A DNA stretch of 48,889 nucleotides from positions 1 through 48,889 of the forward strand of contig JAICSK010000001.1 of assembly GCA_025936915.1 (NCBI GenBank). Direction: 5' to 3'. The translations under genes were made by a program, and so were the position numbers. The number at the start of each line of letters is the position of its first letter. Position 1 is the stretch's first letter. Origin of the DNA: Nocardioides sp. (GTDB lineage Bacteria; Actinomycetota; Actinomycetes; Propionibacteriales; Nocardioidaceae). Of the stretch, positions 19,913 through 27,988 are shown one piece after another. The notes under the pieces are model-generated. The model was given only the letters and a program-made list of their open reading frames with translations, did not search any database and was not told where the DNA came from.

Positions 19913-20770
19913 GTGGCAGTCGCGACGAGGATCGACGGAAGACGTGTGGCCGCCGAGGTCAAGCGCGACCTGGGCGAGCGCGTCCGCGCCCTGCACGCCC
20001 TCGGCGTACGCCCCGGGCTCGGCACGGTGATCGTCGGCGGCGACCCCGGCAGTCACGCCTACGTCGCCGGCAAGCACCGCGACTGCGCCGAGGTCGGCCT
20101 CGGGTCGATCCGGGTGGAGCTGCCCGGCACCGCGTCGCAGGCCGAGGTCGAGGAGGCCGTGCTCGCCCTCAACGACGACCCCGGGTGCACCGGCTTCATC
20201 GTCCAGCTCCCGCTGCCGGCTCACCTCGACATGCACCGCGTGCTGGAGCTGATCGACCCGGCCAAGGACGCGGACGGGCTGCACCCGACGAACCTCGGCA
20301 AGCTCGTGCTCGGTATCGACGGTCCGTTGCCGTGCACGCCGCGCGGCATCATCGAGCTGCTCCGGCGGCACGACGTACCGATCACCGGGGCGCGGTTCTG
20401 CGTGATCGGCTGCGGCCTCACCGTCGGCCGACCGCTCGGGCTGATGCTCACCCGGCCGACCGAGCACGCCACCGTGACCCTGTGCCACGAGGCCACCCTC
20501 GACGTCGCCGAGCACGCCCGCGCCTCCGACGTGGTGGTCGCGGCCGCCGGCGTGGCCCATCTGGTGCGGCCCGACTGGATCAGTCCGGGCGCGACGGTGC
20601 TCTCGGTCGGGATCACCCGGACGATCGAGGGGATCCTCGGCGACGTACACCCCGAGGTCGACTCCGTCGCCGGCAAGATCAGCCCCGCCACCGGCGGCGT
20701 CGGCCCGATGACCCGGGCGATGCTGCTCACCAACGTCGTGGAGATCGCCGAGCGGAGCAGCGGCGCGTGA
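19913..20770 (+). CDS. folD: Bifunctional methylene-THF dehydrogenase/methenyl-THF cyclohydrolase (atypical cofactor-binding residues)
   Basis: YVAGK (YxxxK), [32 protein letters not shown]; GTG start after GAGGGA at the sdaA stop. Confidence 0.9.
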   Translation: MAVATRIDGRRVAAEVKRDLGERVRALHALGVRPGLGTVIVGGDPGSHAYVAGKHRDCAEVGLGSIRVELPGTASQAEVEEAVLALNDDPGCTGFIVQLPLPAHLDMHRVLELIDPAKDADGLHPTNLGKLVLGIDGPLPCTPRGIIELLRRHDVPITGARFCVIGCGLTVGRPLGLMLTRPTEHATVTLCHEATLDVAEHARASDVVVAAAGVAHLVRPDWISPGATVLSVGITRTIEGILGDVHPEVDSVAGKISPATGGVGPMTRAMLLTNVVEIAERSSGA

Positions 20771-20897
20771 GACGCGAACGCATCGCGTGGCCTCCCGGGC
20801 CGGGTGCGCGGCGAGCAACGAGGAGGGCTCGACGTACGGCGGCCGAGGCTGGTGATTCTTCCGCGTTTTCCACGCAGCCGGGTGACCCCCGCGACCG

Positions 20898-21752
20898 TCA
20901 GCGGGCCGTGACCCGAGCCAGCAGGTCGGTCCGCCACTTCTCGGTCTCGGCGATCTGGTTGAAGGTGAAGACGTGCAGCCCCTCGAGCCCGAACTCGGGG
21001 GCGGCGAGCTCGGCGGCGCACTTCTGCAGGAACTTCTCGCCGGTGAACCCGCCCGGGGCAGCGAGGCGGGCGAAGGTCCCCTTGTGCTTGACCAGGAAGC
21101 GGGTCGACTCACCGACGCCGATCTTGCCCGCCATCGCGAGCAGCTTGGTCCGGTCGACGGGTCCGGGGAGACCGAGCAGCAGCGGCTGGGTGATCCCGCG
21201 GGCACGCATCCGGCGTACCCACGAGGACAGCACCGACGGGTCGAAGGTGAGGTTGCTGACGATGTGCGTCGCGTAGCGCCGCTTGTCCCACATCGACTGG
21301 ATGGTCAGGTCGTCGTGGATGGTCGGGTGCGACTCGGGGTAGCCGGTGATCCCGACCTGGCTGAACGGGTGGTCGATCTCGGCGAGCGCCTCGAGCAGGC
21401 TGAGCGCGTCGGGATAGGCTCCCGGTGGATCGGCGTCGCCACCCGGCACGAAGATCCGGGTGATCCCCTTGCCCGACAGCCGGTCGCAGATCTCGACGAG
21501 CTCCGCGCGGTCGCGCACCATCCGGGCAGCGAGGTGGGGGATCGCGGTGTACCCGTGGCCGGTCAGCCGCTCGGCCAGGTCGAGGGTCTGCTCGAGGCCC
21601 TTGCTCGGGGAGGCGGTCACGGTGACGATGCGCTCGACGGGGACGTGCTCGAGGATCTTGTCCTCGGTCGTGGCCGTCGGGAGCACCTCGTAGCGGGCGT
21701 TCTCGAGCAGCCGGACCGTCGTCTCGGCGATGTGGGTTTTGTTGCGCATCAT
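20898..21752 (-). CDS. metF: Methylenetetrahydrofolate reductase, short type
   Basis: YEVLP, IPHLAAR, GGD, VGITGYPESHP, LGLPGP, IGVGES, GLHVFTFNQ. Confidence 0.8.
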   Translation of the reverse strand: MMRNKTHIAETTVRLLENARYEVLPTATTEDKILEHVPVERIVTVTASPSKGLEQTLDLAERLTGHGYTAIPHLAARMVRDRAELVEICDRLSGKGITRIFVPGGDADPPGAYPDALSLLEALAEIDHPFSQVGITGYPESHPTIHDDLTIQSMWDKRRYATHIVSNLTFDPSVLSSWVRRMRARGITQPLLLGLPGPVDRTKLLAMAGKIGVGESTRFLVKHKGTFARLAAPGGFTGEKFLQKCAAELAAPEFGLEGLHVFTFNQIAETEKWRTDLLARVTAR

Positions 21753-21792
21753 GCGACCTATTCCGTAATACGCACCTTCGTGCGTGAGTCTA
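21741..21792 (-). promoter_or_regulatory. metF promoter and tandem operator pair
   Basis: Plus strand GTTGCG-CATCA-TGCGAC (21741-21757, overlapping the start codon) and ATTCCG-TAATA-CGCACC (21760-21776); -10 TAGACT on the minus strand at 21792-21787. Confidence 0.65.
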
Positions 21793-21897
21793 GGCTCACC
21801 GCCCCGCGCGCGTCGACCATCTGCGCCGACCCAATTTTCTCGTGGTCACCCCTTTCGGTGAGACGGGTGCCCATCGGGCCGCGCGAGAATCCGGCGC

Positions 21898-22623
21898 ATG
21901 CCCGCCGCGAGCAAGTTCGCCCCGCCGACCGGTCGAACGCTCGGCCGGACGGTGGTCGCTCTGGCGGTCGGCTTCGTCGTGATCTGTGCGCTGGTGGTCG
22001 GTCTCGGCTGGCTGTACACCCATCCGCTCGCGGGCACGATGCGGCACGAGAACGGCGTCAACCGCTGGTTCGCCGACCAGCGCACGAGCACCCTCACCTC
22101 CGTCGCCGACGGCGGCACGCTGCTGGGCGACACCGCGACCGGCGGTATCGCGCTGGTCGCGATGGGTGCCGTCTTCGCGATCTGGCGTCGCACCTGGTGG
22201 CCGCTGGTCTTCGTCGGCGTGCTCGACGCCGGACTGGGTCTCGTCTACCTCGCCGGCACCACGCTCGACCCGCGGCAACGGCCGCCGGTGCACATCCTGC
22301 AGTCCGGCCTCGTGCCCGACGCGAGCTTCCCGTCGGGCCACACCGGTACGGCGACCGCCATCGGCGGCGTGCTGGCCGCCCTGCTCCGGGCATACACACA
22401 CGTGGCCAAGCCGGCGCTCGCCCTGCTGGTCGTGGTGCCGGCGTACACGATGCTCTCGAGGCTGTACGTCGGCGCCCACCACGTCAGCGATGTCCTCACC
22501 GCCCTGGTGTACGCCGCGGCATGGCTGCTGCTCTGTGCCCGGATGCTGCTCCCGGCAAGGGGGCCGGATCGTCAGCCGGGCAGCGACGCCGGCGCGCCGT
22601 CCCTGAACAGGGTCGCCAGGTAG
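21898..22623 (+). CDS. PAP2-family membrane phosphatase
   Basis: RQRP, SFPSGH, SRLYVGAHHVSDV motifs; hydrophobic helices. Confidence 0.85.
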   Translation: MPAASKFAPPTGRTLGRTVVALAVGFVVICALVVGLGWLYTHPLAGTMRHENGVNRWFADQRTSTLTSVADGGTLLGDTATGGIALVAMGAVFAIWRRTWWPLVFVGVLDAGLGLVYLAGTTLDPRQRPPVHILQSGLVPDASFPSGHTGTATAIGGVLAALLRAYTHVAKPALALLVVVPAYTMLSRLYVGAHHVSDVLTALVYAAAWLLLCARMLLPARGPDRQPGSDAGAPSLNRVAR

Positions 22624-23072
22624 ATGACGACGGGCACCGTGCCCTTGTCGGTCGCGTGGTGATGGTCGGTCGGCTGCTCGATCAGCCACTGCCCCGGGTG
22701 CACCTTCGCGGTCTGGCCGGCCCGGATCACCCTGACCAGGGTCGGGTCGTCGCCGCTGCCCTTCATCAGCCGGGCCCGGCCCTGCTCGACGGTGTAGGTG
22801 AGGACGCCGCTCGCGACGTACCCGATCTGGGTGCCGGGGTGATGGTGCAGGGCGAGCCGGGTGCCCGGCATGACCGTGACCCGCGACAGCCCGAGCGTGC
22901 GCCGGTCGGCGCCCCGGGGGTGGCCGGCCGCGGCGAGCGACTCGCGGGTGACCGTGACCGGCGTGGTCGACGGACCCGCGAGGGCGCCCGCGAGCTGGAC
23001 ACCGGCGGTGAGCACGAGCGCCGACGCGACGACCGTCGCGGAGCGGCTCGTCAGTGGTGAGAGTCGTGACAT
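22572..23072 (-). CDS. Secreted cupin-domain protein
   Basis: N-terminal signal-like hydrophobic segment; cupin motif LALHHHPGTQIGYVASGVLTY...E..DHHH. Confidence 0.7.
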   Translation of the reverse strand: MSRLSPLTSRSATVVASALVLTAGVQLAGALAGPSTTPVTVTRESLAAAGHPRGADRRTLGLSRVTVMPGTRLALHHHPGTQIGYVASGVLTYTVEQGRARLMKGSGDDPTLVRVIRAGQTAKVHPGQWLIEQPTDHHHATDKGTVPVVIYLATLFRDGAPASLPG

Positions 23073-23100
23073 GGCCGCAGGCTACGACGTACGGCTCGGG

Positions 23101-23571
23101 TCAGCCGGGGTCGAGACGGTTCGGTACGACGCCGAGCAGCAGTCCGAGGACCACGACGAGGAACGCCGCCACCACGACGCCGGCCACCCAGCTCGCGACC
23201 ACCGAAAAGATCAGCGTCGACATCCCCACCACGAGCAGCGCGATCGCCACGATCACCACCTGCGCGACGAGGTGACCGACCTCGACCACGCGTTCCTTGA
23301 CGTGTTCGCCGAACACGCGGCGGTGCAGCATCACCGGCACCATGTTGAGCCCCACCGCCAGACCGGCGATCAGGACCAGCGCGAGGTAGAGCGCCTTCTG
23401 CCGTCCGTCGAGGGCATGGAAGACCTGGGTGAACGGCAGCGTCAGCAGGAAGCCCGACAGGAGCTGGAGCCCGGTCTGGGTGATCCGCAGCTCCTGCAGC
23501 AGCTCGCCCCAGTTGCGGTCGAGCCGCTCGTCGTGTGACTCGTCCCGGTCGTCGGACGGTGGCGGTGCCAC
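23101..23571 (-). CDS. DUF6328-like membrane protein
   Basis: RDES..ERLDRNWGELLQELRITQTGLQLLSGFLLTLPF, PVMLHRRVF; four predicted TM helices. Confidence 0.75.
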   Translation of the reverse strand: MAPPPSDDRDESHDERLDRNWGELLQELRITQTGLQLLSGFLLTLPFTQVFHALDGRQKALYLALVLIAGLAVGLNMVPVMLHRRVFGEHVKERVVEVGHLVAQVVIVAIALLVVGMSTLIFSVVASWVAGVVVAAFLVVVLGLLLGVVPNRLDPG

Positions 23572-23605
23572 GGCGCCTCCTCGGCCCTCGGTCGGTGACT
23601 CGAGG

Positions 23606-24262
23606 CTAACGACCGCTGCTCGCCAGCTGGTCGCCGCTCGTCCGGCCGCGATCGGGCTGGAAGCCGTGGTCGATGCCCCACAGGATCGCGCGCGAGCGCG
23701 AGGTGACGCCGATCTTGCGGTACGCCGAACGGATGTAGGACTTGATCGAGTTGATCGACAGCATCGTGGTCTCGACGATGTCGTTGTTGGAGTACCCCTG
23801 GGTGATCAGCGACAGCACCTCGGACTCCCGGGCGGTGAGCCCCTCCTCGCGACCCGGCCAGTCACCACCGACCAGCGGGCCGTGGCCCGCGTCGCGCAGC
23901 CGCACCGGCTCGCCGGCGTGGATGTGCTCGAGGGTGTCGACCAGGTCTGCCGCCGCGAGTCTCTTGCTGACGTAGGCCGAGATCCCCGGCACCCGGGACT
24001 TGATCACCGAGGGGTCGTCGGCGCTCCAGGTGTAGACGACCACCTTGCCGATCCGCGGGTCCTGCACCAGGCGCGAGATCCGTGCGCGATCACGGAAGCT
24101 CTGCGCGAAGGTGTCGAAGAGCGCGATGTCGACCGGCGACGCCGGATGCGTGTTGACGTCCACTTCGACGATCTCGACGCGGTCGGCGTACGAGCGCAGC
24201 ATCGAGGCGAGACCGTGGACGACGACTTCGTAGTCGTTGACGATCGCGAGTCGGATGGTCAC
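23606..24262 (-). CDS. Orphan NarL/LuxR-family response regulator
   Basis: Receiver IRLAIVND...DIALFD...VVYT...YVSK; HTH GLTARESEVLSLITQGYSN...SIKSYIRSAYRKIGV; GTG start. Confidence 0.85.
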   Translation of the reverse strand: MTIRLAIVNDYEVVVHGLASMLRSYADRVEIVEVDVNTHPASPVDIALFDTFAQSFRDRARISRLVQDPRIGKVVVYTWSADDPSVIKSRVPGISAYVSKRLAAADLVDTLEHIHAGEPVRLRDAGHGPLVGGDWPGREEGLTARESEVLSLITQGYSNNDIVETTMLSINSIKSYIRSAYRKIGVTSRSRAILWGIDHGFQPDRGRTSGDQLASSGR

Positions 24263-24389
24263 GGCCGAAGAGTATGAAGGGCGACACCCCCGCGTGCTCA
24301 CCTGTAGGGGTGTATCCAATGGCCCGCACGACCGGCAGGGTCCGAACCGTATCTACCTGTCGCTGACTGTCTAGGGAGTGTGGTTCCGC

Positions 24390-24533
24390 ATGGCAATCCT
24401 CGGGTTGATCCTGCTGATCATCGGCCTCATCGCCGGCATCTGGATTCTGTGGGTCATCGGCCTGATCCTGCTGATCGTCGGGCTGATCCTGAACTTCGTC
24501 CCGGTGGGCGGCACCCGCCGCCGCTGGTACTAG
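24390..24533 (+). CDS. 47-aa small membrane protein (DUF6131-like), absent from the ORF track
   Basis: MAILGLILLIIGLIAGIWILWVIGLILLIVGLILNFVPVGGTRRRWY; GGGAG RBS, GC3-biased codons, downstream hairpin. Confidence 0.8.
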   Translation: MAILGLILLIIGLIAGIWILWVIGLILLIVGLILNFVPVGGTRRRWY

Positions 24534-24559
24534 CCACCCGGTAGTTCGCAGCATCCGCA

Positions 24560-24595
24560 GCACGACCCCCGCGACCCGAGAAGCGGGGGTCGTGC
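24560..24595 (+). terminator. Hairpin terminator after the small membrane protein
   Basis: GCACGACCCCCGC (24560-24572) / GCGGGGGTCGTGC (24583-24595), perfect 13-bp stem. Confidence 0.75.
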
Positions 24596-24639
24596 CGTCT
24601 GCGGCGCTGCTCGTCCCCGGCGGCGCATAGGGTCGCGTC

Positions 24640-27600
24640 GTGGGTCTGCACGTCCGTCGCGCCGAGCGCACCGATGTGCTCGCCGAGGCGTTGGCGGCAC
24701 TGCTCTCGACCCCACCGCCCGACCCCTTCGCCCAGGAACTGGTGGTGGTGCCTGCGAAGGGTGTCGAGCGCTGGCTGTCCCAGCGCCTCTCGCACCGCCT
24801 CGGGCGCGGCGCCCGCGACGGCGACGGTGTCTGTGCGGGCGTGCGCTTCGTCAGCCCGCGCTCGCTGGTCGGCCTGCTGCTCGAGCTGGACGCCGACGAC
24901 CCCTGGCAGCCCGACCACCTGGTCTGGCCCCTGCTGGGGGTGATCGACGCCTCGCTCGACGAGCCCTGGTGCGCACCGATCGCGCGGCACCTCGGGCACG
25001 GCATGGACGAGGAGCAGGAGGAGATCCGTCGCGGGCGTCGGTTCACCGTCGCCCAGCGGCTCGCCCGGCTGTTCGCGTCGTACGCCGCCCAGCGACCGGG
25101 CCTGCTCGCGGACTGGTCGGCCGGCAACGACAGCGACGGGCACGGCGATGCGATCGACGCCGACCTGTCCTGGCAGCCGCACCTGTGGCGGGGCGTGTGT
25201 GCTCGCATCGACGTGCCCACGCCGGGGGAGCGTCACGCGGACACCCTTCGGCGCCTCGCGGGCGACCCCGCGTCCTTCGAGCTCCCCGGTCGGCTGTCAC
25301 TGTTCGGCCACACGAGGATGTCGGTGACCGAGGTCGAGCTGTTGGCCGCGCTCGGACGCCACCGCGACGTCCACGCCTGGCTGCCGCACCCGTCGCCCGA
25401 CCTGTGGACAGCGCTCGGGACCACGACCGGCCAGGTGCCGCGCGAGGACGACGACTCGGCCGACCAGGCAGGGCATCCGCTGCTCGCCGCGCTCGGGCGT
25501 GACGGGCGGGAGCTGCAGCAGCTGCTGACGGGCGTCGGCGCGCAGGTGGCCGACGCCCTTCCGCCACCTCCGCGACCGGAGACGTTGCTCGGCTGGCTGC
25601 AGGCCGACATCGCGGCCAACCGGTTGCCGACGAACGCCGAGCTCGAGCGGCGTACGCCGGATCGGGCCGACCGCTCGGTCCAGGTGCACGCCTGTCACGG
25701 ACCGAGCCGCCAGGTCGAGGTGCTCCGCGAGGTGCTGGTCGGGCTGCTGGACGACGACCACACGCTCGAGCCACGCGACATCGTGGTGATGTGTCCCGAC
25801 GTCGAGACGTTCGCGCCGCTGATCTCGGCGGCGTTCGGGCTGGCAGACGTGGTCGGCGAGGAGGGACACCCGGCTCACCGGCTGCGCGTCCGGCTGGCCG
25901 ACCGCGCGCTCCCGTCCGTCAACCCCCTCCTGGCGCTCGGCGTCCGACTTGTCGAGCTCTCCGGGAGCCGGGTGACCGCGACCGAGCTGCTCGACGTGCT
26001 CGGCTCGCCTCCCGTGCGCGCCCGGTTCCGGCTGACCGACGACGACCTCACGCGGATCACGCGCTGGGTCTCCTCGGCGGGTATTCGGTGGGGCCTCGAC
26101 GCGGACCAGCGGGCGGCGTACGCGATGGACCGCTTCGCCCACAACACCTGGCGGGCCGGCCTCGACCGGATCCTGCTCGGGGTCGCGATGTCCGAGGAGG
26201 ACCACCGCTACATCGGCACCGCACTGCCGCTCGACGACCTCGCGTCGGGAGACATCGACCTGGCCGGCCGGCTCGCGGAGTTCGCCGACCGTCTCGGCGG
26301 GTGCCTGGGGTCGCTTCGCGACGCCCGCGACGTCGGCGACTGGATGGCGGCCCTCCGGGTCGGCGTACGCCGGCTCGGGGACGTGCCCGATCGGGACGCC
26401 TGGCAGGTGGCGCAGTTCGAGCGGGAGCTGGCGCGCATCGAGCAGTCCGCCGGCAGCGGCTCGGCGTCGTTACGGATCGCCGATGTGCGCGCGCTCTTCG
26501 ACGCCCGGCTCGGAGGCCGGCCGACCCGGGCCAACTTCCGCACCGGCACGCTGACGGTCTGCACGATGGTGCCGATGCGCTCGGTGCCCCACCGTGTCGT
26601 CTGCCTGGTCGGACTCGACGACGGCGTCGTCCCGCGGGCCGGCTTCGTCGACGGCGACGACGTGCTCGCGCGGCGGCCGATGACCGGCGAGCGGGACGTC
26701 CGCAGCGAGGACCGTCAGCTCCTGCTCGACGCGATCATGGCGGCCACCGAGACGCTCGTGGTCACCTACACCGGCGCCAATGAGCACACCGGGCTGAGCG
26801 TGCCTCCCGCCGTACCCCTGGGCGAGATCCTCGACAGCCTCGACACGGTCGTGGCCGAGCCGATGCGCGACCGCGTGCTGGTGCGACACCCCCTCCAGGC
26901 GTACGACGCCCGCAATGTGACACCAGGTGCCCTCGGCCTCCGCGGGCCGTTCAGCTTCGACCGCGCAGGGCTCGCAGCAGCCGGGGCCGCGCGCGGCGAG
27001 CGCCGGCCGCGGCCGCCGTTCCTCGAGGGCTCGCTGGCGCACCGGGATCCGCGGGACGTGAACCTGGACGAGCTGAAGACCTTCCTGCTCAACCCGGTGC
27101 GCACCTTCCTGCGCGCGCGCCTCGACGTCTCGGCGCCGCTGGAGGCCGAGGAGCTCAGCGACGCGATCCCCATCGACCTCGGCGGCCTGGAGAAGTGGGG
27201 CATCGGCGACCGCATCCTGCGCGACCTGTTGGCCGGCCGGTCGCCCGAGGCGACGTTCACCGCCGAGCTCCTGCGCGGCACCGTCCCTCCGGGAAACCTC
27301 GGCCAGGGCGCACTTCGTGAGGTCGTCGAGGAGGCCGGCTCGCTGTACGCCGCGACGGCGCAGGTGCGCAGCGGCACCGAGCGCAGCGTCGACGTCGACG
27401 TCGACCTCGGTGGCGATCGTCGTCTGACCGGGACGGTCACCGGGGTCTGGGACCACAGCGTCGTCTCCCTCGGCTACTCGCGTCTCGGCCCCAAGCAGCG
27501 GCTCTCGACGTGGGTCGACCTGCTGGCGCTGAGTGCGACGTATCCCGACCAGCACTGGACCGGGCACGCGATCGGTCGGAGCAAGGCGGGGCCGGGCCGT

Positions 27601-27960
27601 GCCCTCTCCGGGCCGGTCGACCACCGGGCGATGGACTGGCTACGCGACCTGGTGATGCTGCGCGACCTCGGGCTCACGATGCCGATGCCCGCGCCGATCA
27701 AGACGGCGTGTGCCTGGGCCGAGGCGCACGCACGCGAGCTGAGGGGAGACGACATGCCGCCCGAGCGCGCGGCGGCACGCGAGTGGGTGACCGATCCGGA
27801 CAACCGGTTCGGCATCACCGGCGAGGACGACGAGGCGGCTCATCGCCAGGTGTACGGCGATCGTGCGCCGCTGCAACGCCTGGTCGACGGCGGGCTCGGC
27901 AGCGTGGCCTGGCGCATCTGGGAGCCGGTGCTCGCGCACGAGAAGGTGGGTCCCCTGTGA
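24640..27960 (+). CDS. recC: Exodeoxyribonuclease V gamma subunit
   Basis: DPFAQELVVVP..GVERWLSQ, SVQVHACHGPSRQVEVLRE, PRDIVVMCPD, TMVPMRSVP, RSEDRQLLLDA, HPLQAYD; upstream of recB/recD. Confidence 0.92.
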   Translation: MGLHVRRAERTDVLAEALAALLSTPPPDPFAQELVVVPAKGVERWLSQRLSHRLGRGARDGDGVCAGVRFVSPRSLVGLLLELDADDPWQPDHLVWPLLGVIDASLDEPWCAPIARHLGHGMDEEQEEIRRGRRFTVAQRLARLFASYAAQRPGLLADWSAGNDSDGHGDAIDADLSWQPHLWRGVCARIDVPTPGERHADTLRRLAGDPASFELPGRLSLFGHTRMSVTEVELLAALGRHRDVHAWLPHPSPDLWTALGTTTGQVPREDDDSADQAGHPLLAALGRDGRELQQLLTGVGAQVADALPPPPRPETLLGWLQADIAANRLPTNAELERRTPDRADRSVQVHACHGPSRQVEVLREVLVGLLDDDHTLEPRDIVVMCPDVETFAPLISAAFGLADVVGEEGHPAHRLRVRLADRALPSVNPLLALGVRLVELSGSRVTATELLDVLGSPPVRARFRLTDDDLTRITRWVSSAGIRWGLDADQRAAYAMDRFAHNTWRAGLDRILLGVAMSEEDHRYIGTALPLDDLASGDIDLAGRLAEFADRLGGCLGSLRDARDVGDWMAALRVGVRRLGDVPDRDAWQVAQFERELARIEQSAGSGSASLRIADVRALFDARLGGRPTRANFRTGTLTVCTMVPMRSVPHRVVCLVGLDDGVVPRAGFVDGDDVLARRPMTGERDVRSEDRQLLLDAIMAATETLVVTYTGANEHTGLSVPPAVPLGEILDSLDTVVAEPMRDRVLVRHPLQAYDARNVTPGALGLRGPFSFDRAGLAAAGAARGERRPRPPFLEGSLAHRDPRDVNLDELKTFLLNPVRTFLRARLDVSAPLEAEELSDAIPIDLGGLEKWGIGDRILRDLLAGRSPEATFTAELLRGTVPPGNLGQGALREVVEEAGSLYAATAQVRSGTERSVDVDVDLGGDRRLTGTVTGVWDHSVVSLGYSRLGPKQRLSTWVDLLALSATYPDQHWTGHAIGRSKAGPGRALSGPVDHRAMDWLRDLVMLRDLGLTMPMPAPIKTACAWAEAHARELRGDDMPPERAAAREWVTDPDNRFGITGEDDEAAHRQVYGDRAPLQRLVDGGLGSVAWRIWEPVLAHEKVGPL

Positions 27961-27988
27961 CCGACCCTGTGACCGACCCTGTGAGCGA
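27953..27988 (+). repeat. 12-bp tandem repeat x3 (CCCTGTGA(C/G)CGA) at the recC/recB junction
   Basis: Units at 27953-27964, 27965-27976, 27977-27988; encodes VTDP-VTDP-VSD. Confidence 0.85.
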
